From assembly GCA_022813965.1 (NCBI GenBank), contig JALDZS010000032.1, positions 62,001-126,000 on the forward strand: a stretch of 64,000 bases of DNA. Direction: 5' to 3'. Position 1 is the first letter of the stretch; each line of letters begins with the position of its first letter. The notes below the pieces were generated by a model. It was given only the letters and a program-made list of their open reading frames with translations, was not told the origin of the DNA and did no database searches. Shown here in pieces: positions 38,090 to 50,970 of the stretch. Origin of the DNA: Toensbergia leucococca (lineage: Eukaryota). The translations under genes were made by a program, and so were the position numbers.

Positions 38090-41000
38090 ATGGACGTTGT
38101 GAGCAGAGAGATTCAAAGGAGAAAGACATGGTTTATGACACTGGACTTGAACGATACCGAGGGAAAGGGGATAGATTGTATAGCAGGTGAATCTGTGAAT
38201 GGCGAGACAGAAACCCTGCTATGCAGGTATAATACAAAATCACAATTGCGAAGGATTTACAATCACGAATCTTAGTCTCCAGTATGAGCAATTCGATAGA
38301 TACCATGTCTCAGGCAAGACAGACTGCAGATGAGTTTACAGGTGATGAAGATGAAGCAGGATACAAGATCCCAACCCGCATTCCTCCTGCTAAGGATCTG
38401 GAAAGGTCAGACATATCACTACCTGATGACGTTACTGGTTTGGGCTGAAAGCCATCCAGACGCCTTCCGTCCAGTAGTCATCGAAGATCCTGCCAGGATA
38501 CGGTGACGATGTTAACGCCATCCTCTGCAAGAGATTTCCATCGACATTACGAATGATAGAGAATGGTACTCAGACTGATCTCAACGACGTTACACAAGTC
38601 ACTCGCAGATTGAGTTGGTATATTTCTAACCTGCATAAAAACAAGAAATATTATATCAGGTTTTGATGACAAATATCAAATGAGTGGATGGTCATTTTTG
38701 CGACATTCAAAGGGGATGGATATGTCTTCACTAGGACCACTCGGATTTATGGTCTGATAAATGGTCGGCCATGGGTGAGCCATCAAATTCAATTCAGGGT
38801 TTGTGATTGCACCAGTCAAGGGAGGCAACCGTGTCTGAAGAATCCTTTTCGTGACCTTATATGGAGCGACAACGGTCCGAGCAGAAGGATCGTGATTTGA
38901 AAGGTGTCTGAAGACGTTGCAGAAAGGAGGTATCTTGAGAAGCGCGGCTTTGACGACGCGCCTCCTGTGCCGTCACCTCCTCCGCCGCCTCCTCTTCTTG
39001 ATGCCGCTCCTCATGGTGCCGGCTCTCTTGTTCCCGGCCTTTGGAATCAGCTACCAAAAGAAGAAGGGCCCGGCAAAAGCTATAGAGTCAGTCCCACAAC
39101 ACTTATGGAACATCGCGAAAACGTAAATTCGAGGTATCTTGCCAATTCCAACAACTCCGAAAATCGAATATCCAAAGGCCTTGATCAGCGTCCTAAATAT
39201 TAAAAGCGGGAGAATAACTTGAAATGAAGCTGAGAATCGGGTTACGAATCGAGGCTACTGTAGTAGAACTAGAACTCAGAGAGCCAAGGCTGCCCAACGT
39301 GGTCTATTCAATCCATTGCGGCCATATGAAGGCGTATCCAGACCTAAATATCCCATAGGGAGGCACTTACCAGCTAGATCACAGACTTCGAATCCTCCTT
39401 CTCACGCTGATGATACAGCATTTCACCTATTCCGTAGGAGCAACAACACATAGACAAAGGTAGTGGCTTTGCCATCTTCAAGCGATTCAGAAACGTTTTT
39501 TCAGCCGCAAATACAGATCAAGTCGACGGCGATACAGGAGGTATCACAAAGCTAGTCGGTTCCAGGCACGTAAGTGAAAGTCAAGCATCTCCTCCTTCAG
39601 AAGTAACTTTCCACGGTCCAAGTTTGAAATGGAATTCCCCATATATAAGAGTGGTCCTGTGATGGGTAAACTTTGGCTCTTCAATTCGGTCTTGAGGCCT
39701 AGGTGGGTGACTTCTTGGCATCTGGCTATTTGTAAGGGAAGAGGTTGACACGTCTAGGAGACTTCCCAGAGTTCGCTTGGTTACTCCCCACCTCAGCATC
39801 AGCCATTTCGACCATGAGATTTATCAAATTCTCAATATCAGAACTCGACACCTGGATTGCTTTGGACCTATTCCTCTCGATGAGAACATCCAGCCATGGT
39901 TGTTCACGGCTCTTCTGTTCAGTGGAAGGTTAGATACTTTCTCAGTCCTGTTAAGCCTTCTGTTGCACTGAGACGAATTGGTAGCACGGGCCGGGTTCTT
40001 CACTACTACCACAGGTGATATGCTTCAAGAGAGAGCCAATTTGTTGGAACAAGACAAGTTAGTTTGAGGTATCCAGATCGGATGAGTACCTGTAAAGCCT
40101 GGAATTGAAATGGAATGTCGATGATAAAATTGATGATGGACTGGGGCGTGTGCTGCTAGGAGTTTGTTGGGTGAGGCTTGACGAAGTTGTTGGTACAGGG
40201 CAAAGACAGTCTGACAGCGTACTTGGATGGTAGAATGTTGGATGCATCATCATCTAAAGATGCAACAATGTACATGTCTTTAGCCATGGGTAGCCAAGAT
40301 TGGCCTCGATTCAAGGCACAGGATAAGTGTGTTCCCGTCTATAATGGACGGACATGCAATGACAGAGCGTCGGCGCAAAGCATAGCCATCAAGTACCTTG
40401 ACGGCGTATTCATGATCTCGTTGTTCAATACTGGCGCTGACTCAGTGGCCAATATTTCACCCAGGTGGGAAGATAAGAAGGTGGTAGAGATCATGCACGT
40501 CAGAGAATCTTTCCTTCCTGCCATCTTTCCTCCCGTCCCCAAGCTGATCCTTCGCCACGTTGTCAAATTACATGACTGCGCCATGCCAGGCACGCGTGGT
40601 CTGGCTCTTCCGCTGCACTTGTTTCTGCCATCCTACACTCGTACAATGATTGGCTGCCATAGATAGCTGTGTACTTCGAAATCCAACCTACTAGACAGCA
40701 TCTCTATACTGGCATCGAGAACAAGAGCGAGGCTTTTCAATATGTGTCCAGTAACAACTGTTGATACTGCTCCTTCAGCGCCATCAAAGCAGAAAAGTGA
40801 ATGCAAAAGTGAGCCGTCTCAGGGATGTTGAGATTGAGGCCGAATAACACCTTGACAAGATCATCTAATCCATTCAAGGTGTGATAGTGCTTGAACAGAA
40901 CGTCACAGTTCACCCCTTGTACCAATGCACATCGATACTTGTATCTATTTTGATTAATGAAAAACAGCTAACCATGATAGCCTTATAGAAAAACCTCGAC

Positions 41001-41642
41001 TAGCATACCGCAAAGACCTACTTGCTCTTTACCACTCTCTGACCAATAGTGAAAGGATTGCAACAAAGTCATGGAGGGCAAAAAACATCTCATGTTACGC
41101 ATTACGCCTGGAGGAAACGAGCAGTTGAAAATGCTGCGACAGCACTCGTGGTTTGCCTGAGATGATTTCCAAGCTAATCTATCAAAGAGACACATACTTA
41201 AAGTAGTCCAAAAATCCTGTTTGCGATGGACATGGCACATATCATGGCTGCCGGACTTGCCCAAGGTACGGCTCCGGAATTTGGACGAGTCCTAAAGCCT
41301 AGGGCAATCATGGTAGCCGTCTCTACTCCGCCACTAAATGCTGCTTCTGTGATGATTCGCGAAATCGACTTCCGGCACCCTCGACAATATCACCCTAGTC
41401 GATGGTATCATAGAGGATTTACTGAAGTTGACAACATGGTTTACTGGTGCGTAGAGGACTCTTCGGTGCCAGAAAAGCTCCTTGTTATGGTCATCTCATC
41501 CGAAGCACGCCAAGTGATCTTGATACACTGCCCAACATGGCAAAATCGAGGCACCAAAAATGTGGCGATCTTGTTGTTGCGTTGGTTCATAGCCAAGCTC
41601 CCCGAGGATTTGGTAGGGCTGCATTCGCCTCAATTTATTTGA
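38090..41642 (+). pseudogene. Decayed coding remnant(s), family unknown
   Basis: 38688-39203 is one frame of ~170 codons with a single internal TGA. Further same-strand ORFs at 40178-40666 and 41226-41642. Confidence 0.4.
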
Positions 41643-42380
41643 AATGAGACGGCGGTAAGATCGGCTATTTGGCATTTGGCAAGAGGCTTTATTCAACCTA
41701 TGTCGTGATGAAGTAGAAACAACGCTGTGACGATGATGTTGGATGACTGGCTTGAGTGGCCTGAAACGCCGGTGAGCCACGTTAGTATCTATTTTGAGAA
41801 ACGGCTTTAGGGAGTAATATCTGCGAATTGATGGTGGTGAAGGGATCAGTATCCCGGTGCGGAACCCCTAAATCGATGTATAAGCAGGGAAATTGCGTAC
41901 ATTAAGGACTCCTCGATGAACGGCGAGAGAAGGCCTTCCGCGTCAGTATGCGGCAGGATCAAAAGCTAATGAAGATGTGACCAAGAGCTGAATTGGACGA
42001 CATGTTCTTTCGAAGATCACAACTGGAAGAAGGGCAATTCGAGGATTACTCATCCTATTAGTACGTCCGTAGGTCGGCCTCTACCAGTACGCGAAGACAG
42101 GCACGCTAACCCCCCAGCCCAGATTATGGAATCATGTCTGTGGTAGGCGGTCAGGCTCGGACTGGTCTTGTTGATATCCAAACCATCACCACACAAAAGC
42201 CATGATTCCTCATCGTCAAGAAGGCCCCTTTCCCTCGGGACCTCACTCAAGAAGCATTCTAAATGGTATTGGGCCGATTACCAAAATTCCATTGACCACA
42301 GATTCCATCTTCCCGTGCTATTAGACCTACTCGATATCTGCCTTTCCCCTGTCAGAGTCAAGATTGTAATCGGGCGAACT

Positions 42381-44103
42381 ATGGCTGAACCTTCGGGCGC
42401 ACCGTCTGCGCAAGAGAAGCCGAAAAGAGAAGGCAATGATTCTTTATGGAAGCGGGCTAGACGAACCCTCGGCGCTTCGGCGAATCAGTTGACTTTCATG
42501 CAACCCCAAAGCCAAGGTAAGGTCATCTGCGTTAGGGTTGTCATCGCTCTGCTCCATGATCTGCAATGTTGGATGATTATCGAGTGTCTTGGACACTTGA
42601 TCGATCATTACCACCATCTTCTGAATTTCAGACTGTTGCTATTCCGTCATCATTACCAAAAGAAACTACAGAGTACTACCATCAGGGCAATAAATTGGGC
42701 TAATCATGTAGCAAAAGACACAGCTGCGAGGACCGGAGATGCATCCGGCGCTGGATCCGGCAAAAACAAACGACGAGAGCAAGTCCGACATGCCCAGCGG
42801 TATGCTCCCGCCCCTAGCTTTAGGCTTTTTCTCATGCTTCCAATGCACCCCTTAAGTATCGCCTTGTCTCTAATGTGATTACCGCTGATGTAGCACCCAT
42901 CGTCAGCGAACGCAAAATTACATCAAGACCCTTGAACAAGAGGTCATCCGCCTCCGCGGCTCTGAAACATCTTTGATGTATGAACGAGACAAACTCCAAA
43001 GCCAAGTAGATATTCTGAGAACCTCGATCATTCTTGCCAATATCCCTCTGCCAGCCGGCTTAGAAGACAGTCCCCAACCCGGAAGCCATCCACGAATCTC
43101 AGCAAATTCCGAAATCCCAGTGACTGTCTCATACCACATGGACGATTTGGAGCACGAGAGATTGCATCTAGACTGGCCACTTGTTGACGCACAGCAAAAT
43201 CCTGGAACATCGGACTTTGGCAGGCATATATCAGGAACTCCGTCCGGACAAGGGAGAAGTAATTTGCAAGACTTTCCAAATGGTAAGTATCTTGTATTCG
43301 AGATCAAGGTAATTTCAAGGATTTGGTGGTAACTAAAACAGATCAGATTTTCAATTTCCACCCTTGGAATTTTCCTCGTCGAATGAGCCCGAGAATCGAA
43401 GGCAGGAGCCCAAGCCAGTCGAGAACCTTGACAGCGCCGAGGTCGCCATGGACTTCATTCTAGCGTGAGTGATCTCTTATCTCTCCGTCGACCCCTGTGT
43501 AAAATCTTCTCTCTGGATCCATCGCCATTGCAGAACGTCATCCCAAAACACCTCTTTCTTGCCTATGCTATCATATCTCCGAGCAGCATCTCATATCTAA
43601 CCCATCATTCTCCAGCCTCGAACACCCCTGCATGCACCACATGCCTCATCCCAGCAACCCCTCCAGCGGCGACCCTTCCATGCACGTTCTCACCGCATCC
43701 ATGCCGTTGGTAGCCTCGTCTCCCTCCCCGCCCAAACTCAACGTCTCCACCTGGAAAATCCCCCAAGCGAACATCCAGCTCCTGCTCAACCTCTCCTCGA
43801 GCCTTCACCTTGAAGGCGAGATCACCCCCGTTGAAGCATGGCATCAATTACGCCAACATCCCAAGTTTGGAAATTTGGATCGGAGGGCTATTGATGGGTT
43901 GAAGAAGGATCTTAGTAACCTGGTCAGGTGTGAAGGGTATGAATTCTTCTTCTTTTGCTATTTTTCCTGCTACCTGTGGTGAGTTAGGGGATATTTTTGG
44001 ATTGTGATTGCTGATCTTCGCAATGTTCAGGTTTGGGTCGGTGCTTGATGAGAATGATTTCTGGGTTGCGTTGAATGATGTTATGGGGGAGGCGCAGTAT
44101 TGA
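42381..44103 (+). CDS. bZIP transcription factor, multi-exon
   Basis: Basic region KNKRREQVRHAQR|THRQRTQNYIKTLEQEVIRLR plus zipper. C-terminal domain AMDFIL..LEHPCMHH..LLNLSSSLHLEGEITPVEAWHQL..VRCEG|FGSVLDE; stop 44101-44103. Confidence 0.9.
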
Positions 44104-44457
44104 GGTTGCCTCCTCGACGACTTTTGTACGAGGTGGAACGAAGGACAGGACGTATTTTTTGGTGAACTTTGCATAGCGCTTTGAGGTCAGGGACAGGATA
44201 GGCTTCGCATGAAGATCATCAACATGAAATTGTATAACATAGGAATGCAATAACAAAATGTACAATACAGGTATTCTGTTACATTTAGAATCATATTAGT
44301 CTTCAAATTGCAGCCTAGCAAATTGAAAAGTTTGACCTTCTTCATCACCATCAAAAGTCCTGACCTAAATTGAAATCTGAAGAGTATTCTCTTATATAAT
44401 CTTTTCTTATAGCAGTATCATCTTCATAATTTTGACAATTTGTACCTAAGAATGAAG

Positions 44458-44491
44458 TCATCATCGTCATCATCATCATCATCATCATCAT
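44458..44491. repeat. (TCA)n microsatellite, ~11 units
   Basis: TCATCATCGTCATCATCA... Confidence 0.9.
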
Positions 44492-44929
44492 TCAATGGAT
44501 AGGGACTTGGTGTACGTTCAACAGACGATAGAGGTGAAGAAGACATGATGGATCAATTGATTGAGGTGAGGATTTGGTAAGATGGATTTAAATTAAAAAT
44601 GACACCCTGGGTGCCCCTTTTTGATACACCCCTACGCATTCATCACGATTTTGCATCACACAGTGACTCAATTTCTCCAACTACATTTCATGTCATTTAC
44701 CAAGATTAGAGTGAGCGAGACTATCATCTCTGGAACAATTCGAGAGAGGGACTTTTCTATGTCCTAGCAATTTTTCTTTTCGGTGCCAGCCTCCAGTTCA
44801 TTTCGTCGCTCTCACTTCTCGATCTCTCTCCTAGGCTCGAGGACTCCACTTCCTCTGGAGTCACGAATAAAAGAGAGACACAAGAAGTCTCTAAAATCAC
44901 CCAAGTCTCCTGATGCTCCCTGATCTGCA

Positions 44930-45911
44930 TCACAAAGAAACAATAGATGCTAGGTACAGCAAGCCTGCAGAAGCAGTACGCAGAACAAGGTTAACTTTGA
45001 TTCTTTGTGTCCCAATCGGGACCGATGGAATCTCAACACTCGCACAATTCGCGCATTCGTATGAGCCATTTGCCAACGTTCCCCACACATGCGTATTTGA
45101 TATCAATTCGTACGCTTGCGCCTGGATCTTTAGGCTTTGAGCAACAAGACTCGTTCTGCTGTCCAAGCCCGTCAACAATGCTTCGACGACGTACCCCGAC
45201 TTCCCACTCGCTGCGTTGAAATTTGCAACAGTACCAGTCTGATCCTGCGCGATGGCAACAAAGTTCTCGGTATTAACGCAATATGCCACCCACCAGTGGC
45301 CATTGACTGACTCCCGAGTAATCTGACCGTTGACGCAGATCTCGCTATCTGCGCATCTGCCTGAAACCCAGTCATACGTTATATCGTGTTCGCCCGTGCA
45401 CGTCATGATATAAGATTGAGGACTGAATTCATGACGGCAGCGAGAACCTTCAAAGATAGGCCAATAAGGATGTGGACACTGGTTCTGGGGCCGCGAGACT
45501 GTGCGGGAATGTACTCTTTGAGGACTTGAGTTGGAGCCTGTGTAATTATGATGGCGAACCAAGGTTCGATCAGAGATGTCGGTGCCATTGGAATCGTGAA
45601 TACTAATGTCGAAGAATCTACGAAGACCATCATCAACGGTTGGCACAGTCGAATCCCTTCTACTATATTTTTTAGAAGGAACATGAAATACGACAGGGCA
45701 AGAGGTGAGCTAAGGATAGAACAAACCCAAAATCAGCCTCCTCATCTCTGGCGGCAACTTTCCTAGCTTGCTTTCCTTGTCGTTCAATGTCCGGCGAAAG
45801 TCCCTGCAGAAAGTGCGTACTTCTCTCATTGCCGCCGGCCACTGACCCGTCAATAGTCTTGGATGCAAAGCTAATCAAGAAAATAGTGTAGCAGATAACG
45901 TTTCCAAACAT
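44930..45911 (-). CDS. Putative secreted Cys-rich protein (~305 aa)
   Basis: Signal-like MFGNVICYTIFLISFA. Intron 45726-45663 (GTTTGT...TAG, phase 2) joins in frame to the 238-aa ORF, which carries eight Cys. Confidence 0.75.
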
Positions 45912-47519
45912 GATGCTTCAAAGACGGAGAATGAGTAGCAGTCATAAGACGAGTCTATGATTTGAAAGAGAAAAGGAAGCCTTACTCCCATCTCTGCCAA
46001 TTTTTTAATAGGTAGTTATGACGCATGATATGTGATTCAGCTCATTGATATGCGGACGCCATCTTTGACGCCTATAAGCTCTGGCCAAAACGGCTTCGTC
46101 AAACCTACTACAACATGCGATAGCTAGGCGCACGTCTTCATTGCCGCTACTCTTTCACTCATCAGGTGCAAGTGACCCGCGCAATCCATTCGCAATCGAA
46201 GTCTCAATCGAAAATGTTCCGTTGAACCTTCGCCAAGGATAATACTTTGCTCATATTGCCAATGCGAAGCAGATTTCTAGTCCAAAATCGGCAGAGAGTC
46301 GTAGCACGAATGAGTTGAATTCAGAGTTGGAACCACTATTAATGTAGCCAAATCTTTGACAAGTTATACTCGAGTGCGAATGTGAAAAGAAAATATGTTG
46401 CTCACCTCGAATATCTGACTTGCTTCTGTTTGATCAATCGATTCCTCCGAGATAGATTCATGGCGAGGTGGATAGTTTCTTTGTCACATCGCCATTACAA
46501 TTCTCTTGACTCTCATTCATAACCACCTTTAGTCCGGCCTTTTCCAATTTTCGTCCTCACCCTTCACTCTCCACGCTAGCAGACTCTCTTCTCCCCAACT
46601 TATGTCCTCCGCCCTCCTTTCCTCCTTCGCTCCCCCGTCTCCTCTTTTCACCTCCCATTTAAATCATTTCAAGTCGTCCACGAACTCGGACGCTTTCTAC
46701 TCACCTGCTACTCTGGCATCTAAGCACAGCTACGCACCTCATCCAGGCACCCTGAGGCAAAGGCTAGAACGCAGAAAGCCCTCGTACGGCCCCGGATAAC
46801 AAACGGAAGCAAACCGAGGTGCGATTGTGGAATGCTGGGGGGCTTGATCGTACTGAAAAAGGCGACCAAGAGGCGATTTTATATACATTCTGGAAAAGGG
46901 CTACTAGAAAAACAAATCTACCCTAAGCCCGCCTCACCCAACTCAGCCATCACAAACCATCTCTTTCCTCAAAGCTGTGCCATACCTTATACACCTTCGT
47001 ACCTACCATCCACCAATACCACACCCAGCGCTAAATTTCGATGTCATAGAACCTGCCAAGCTTGGCCGAAGGAGATTTGAAACTTCATTCAACCAAGTTG
47101 GCAGCAGTGTATAGCCTCAAGATGTACACGCCCCGAGGTTTTTCTTTCTCCAACGAGAGAATGGGCCGGCTAAGAACCCACCCTACCTAGTCTAACGATT
47201 ATGTCTGCTGGTTTTCAGCTTCTGCACCATGTGCGAAGCACGCAACTGAGTTCTGGTACCTGCATGTCCAGAGTGAGGTTGTACTAACCGTAGTATGGTT
47301 GCCTTACTGAGACAGAAAGATGATGATAGTAGATAATTGGGGGTGCGATGCGTGGACCTATTGGGTTGGTAGTGAAGATGCATGCAACAGGGGCTAACAG
47401 TGTCTGAATCTTTCAGACCAACGTGGTTCTTAGGGTATCATTTATTTGCTCGCGAAAAAAAAAAGCAGAGGAACAAAAAAAACCAAGCTACAAAACTCAA
47501 GTAAATGAAGAGCTCCAAG

Positions 47520-48200
47520 AACATATATACAAGACTATTGAACGCCGCTAGGATTCCCACCATCACAGTTCACACCACCTGATATATCAAGGACTCCGGG
47601 CTCGAAGATCCAACCAGCCTTCCCGCTCAAAAACCAATTTCTATAATCCTGCCTCGCAAAAAGCCCTGACCCTTCCAGCCGTCGGCTCACTCGGCTGCCT
47701 CGCCAACAAAAAGCGCTACGCCTGCGCCATCTCATGCAACCTATCGGCCTTGAGTTTCTCACGCGGAGCATTCTCAACTGCTTTACAAAAACGACGAGTC
47801 AGTCAGCTCTCTCACAAGTAAGAAAGTCACAGAAAATGTACCGGATGCGGATCCTTGCTGTTTCTTGCTAAAATGATCGAGGAAGCGGGAGGGGATTCTT
47901 TTCCTGGGACGATTTGGCGGAGCGGTAACCGGCGGAGCGTTCTACGAGGGTGCGGTGGGCTTGGGTCTCGAGTATAATCTCGGATTAGTATTATAGGCTG
48001 CGGGAGAGGGTTTTGGGGGAGTCGGAGAATACTGTGTTGAGGACAGCTGGTTCATTCTGATACTCGCCTCACTGCAGGGGGAATACCTACAGTTCTGCTT
48101 CTAGGATAATTCAAGCCGCTCCGAAGACTGGATCCCAATCTCTTCCCCTCCTTCTTCTTCCTCCTCCTCCTTCAGAGCCATTGGGGCTCTGAGTAGGCCT
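47520..48200 (-). pseudogene. Possible spliced pseudogene, family unknown
   Basis: MALKEEEEEEGGEE..., a canonical-looking intron (GTACAT..GCTGAC..AG, ~47780-47841), then VENAPREKLKADRLHEMAQA*RFLLARQP with in-frame stops. Confidence 0.3.
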
Positions 48201-49164
48201 TTTTCTTCAAGTGGAGTATTGGTGATTTATGAGGGATGCAGCATGATGTGCTTGCATGTGGGGTGAAAGAACAGGTCCAGGGAATTGAAAATTCTGATCA
48301 CGAATTCACTATTCTTCTAACTCGCTCACTCGACCTACCCCGTTTCTTTTTCCTATCATCCCACTTCCTCATTTTATTCCCCCGACTCGTACTTGCATCT
48401 GCTCAAAATGCGGGATGTCAAGAAAAAACAACCCCTTGAGCGCACTTTGACTGACCCAACTATTATTTTCAATTCAAACATTTTTGCTTGTACAACATCC
48501 ACGTTAGCCTTCTTGAATAAGATGAGTACTCAAAGCATGGACAATATTAGATGTTTCCTTGAACCCACTTTTCAAAACAATTACATGCCTCTCTGCAAGG
48601 ATACTTGGTGGTCACACAATCATTGCAGTGTGCGTCGAAGCTATGACAATCGCTTATAAGCTTCAAGTCTCATTCAAGCTGACTGTTGAGCTTTTCAACA
48701 ACAACATCAGAAGTGGTGAGAAGGAAGAGCTAATTCAAATTCAATGCCATGTGGGCTGCTATCATGAAAGCAATCTTTGATTGTCTCATACCAATCAAGA
48801 CAGTCAGTTCATGGACCACAGGTCTAAGTCCCTAATTTTCTATTTCTCACCTTTGATCTAGACATTGGCCGACACAACCTTTCTATTCGGTTTCTCCCAG
48901 AACCGGAAGGGTAGCAGCCCTTAAGTCGTACGAACAATACCATAGAGAAATGATCAATCGGAAAGCAACAGCAACTCTTCTCAATCACATATCTCTGGTT
49001 ATGTCAGTCGCCATATCTGTCACTGTTCACTAATTTCTTTGCCTCCGCTGAGTAGAAATATGGGTCAATTTCCCAGTACTGTACCTATCAACCCACATTC
49101 CGATCACTATTACCATCAAAATCTTTAACTGTAACGGCAGAGCAGAGCTTCCATGAACAGCCAC

Positions 49165-50556
49165 CTAGGATATTAAAATATCATAGCCATCCATTTCAAT
49201 CTTCGTCAACTCGCTTTCGTTGCCATACCGCCTGCGGACAAGCTCGAAAATCACGAGTCCCGCACTAGTACTTGGCACTTGCTTAATAGTGTTACGGAAA
49301 AACCCTCTATAAAACCATCTTCTCCATCCGCCTGACCGCCTAGCCTGCGATGAGCATTCCGTGTACGTTTTCTTATAAGCTTGGTAGAAATTGTTTAACA
49401 ATTTTGATCTTGACTGATTCATTTGGGCTTGCATGTCCAAGGATTGCAAACGACGATGATAAATAATCTGTATCGAGTTCAATGGGTGCTGAATTGTCTG
49501 TTGGCTGATTGATGCGGCGACGCCTGCAAGCATGAGAAACGCTGGTTCAATAGCATAATGTGGCTTGAGTGTAGGAACATTGACTTTTTTGTTCAATTCG
49601 CATGGATGTTGATTGGAAACATCTCGAATCTGAGTGCGTCCATAATACCTCGTGACAAAAGCGTAGTAGCTCTGTGCCTTCACATATTCGAAGGTGGCAA
49701 AAAAAACTCCATAGCCAAATGAGTCCTTCAAGAGGGACAGTCCCCAGCCCGCGAAAACACCACGAAGGCCAATTTCGTTCAATTTGATTCTTCCGTACTG
49801 CCACATATTCTTGTGTTCTCTTGTCAATACATCATTCGCATCAAATCGGATATGGAGGGCGTCAAGCGGAGCTGCTACAAATGACTGTATTGCACCAGCC
49901 GAAAAACCGGCAGTGAATGTATCTTTAAGGGGCGGAGGAGGAGAGACTCTTTTTAGTGATCGAGACGACAGTTCATATAGTGCTCCTAGCATCTGAAGGT
50001 AGGAAGTATAAAGGACAGCGCCAACTCTATGATATATCAGTCAAATGGCAGTGGACTCCGCTCAGAGACGTTCGGACCCAATATTCGCCAGCATAGGTGG
50101 AAGAATCTGGTTAGGAATGAAGCCCCATCCGTATGTTCGAACGGCATGTGCCAATAAACCAGGGGTGCTCATGTGCCATGACCATGACTGATTGGCTTGA
50201 ACACGAGGATTGATTGCCCGAGCAAAAGCCTGCGGAAGAGAATAGTGCTCAGCTTAGAATTTGGTTCATAGTGTGAGTCATACCAGGTAGCTGCCGATAT
50301 ATGAGCTACTAAATCAGGCTTTAGGTAGCCCTCGGAATCTTCATACATACTCTACTCGAGTACGAAAGAAAGCCTTCACGGGTGCCCTGAAATAAAACGC
50401 AAGAACTTGAGAGCTGAGAGCCCGCACACCCGCAGCGGAGGCTCCAACGGCCGCATCCTTCCTTGGGTCTTTGAGCTGTGTAAGAGATTTTTCTTGATTG
50501 AATTCGGGACGTTGTAGTGTAGTATTTGGTGGGCTTCGACTAGCTGAAGTGACCAT
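49165..50556 (-). CDS. Mitochondrial carrier family (SLC25) protein, multi-exon
   Basis: GASAAGVRALSSQVLAFYFRAPVKAFFRTRV; AGFSAGAIQSFVAAPLDAL; GLRGVFAGWGLSLLKDSFGYGVFFATFEYVK; FYRGFFRNTIKQVPSTSAGLVIFE. Confidence 0.92.
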
Positions 50557-50970
50557 TGCGAAGCACAAGTTTTAAACCCGGATCCGTCACTAAAGCCATT
50601 TGGTTGCTTGAAGACACCAAGTCAGCGTCACACTGAAAGTTGATTGACTAGAGAGAAATATAGAATCACCTACTGAGTACAGAGTAAACCAAAATGAGCC
50701 GGACGCCGCGCATAGGTGTGTATCGTATACGAAGCTACGAGGTATAGATACTCCGTAATGTATTTAGTCAAAGATACAGATAGTCACTTAGCCTAACCCA
50801 ATTGCGACGTAATCCACTCTATAAACGCGGTTCACGACTTCCGATCAACCAGCTTTGACCTTTCCCTAGTTTTGCCGTCCAGCTTCTTCACCCATTTCCC
50901 TTTCACTTGATACTCCATATCTCAAACCTTCGTCTGTATCCGCGAGCCCCTTTATCAGTGACTTGCAAAC

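Larger units (their letters stand above)
14400..42100. other. ~28-kb island of decayed coding remnants and local repeats (possible degenerate giant element or accessory region)
   Basis: No intact recognisable gene and only short ORFs. Canonical introns survive in stop-interrupted frames, and internal duplications are frequent. Boundaries are approximate. Confidence 0.6.

Noticed and set aside
14400..42100. Definite Starship, LTR or DNA transposon call
   Set aside because: No recognisable DUF3435, RT, integrase or DDE motif. Only chance-level (~10 bp) inverted matches between the ends, and no TSD identified.
44280..44550. Small acidic minus-strand gene (MSSSPLSSVERTPSP...poly-D)
   Set aside because: The poly-D comes from the microsatellite, the region is AT-rich, and the frame closes quickly
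46832..47160. His-Cys box endonuclease remnant
   Set aside because: Cys/His residues are present, but the SHLC...CxNPxHL motif cannot be recovered
47700..47780. HD-domain hydrolase from KLKADRLHEM
   Set aside because: Resembles KLADRLHNM only locally; no HD motif upstream
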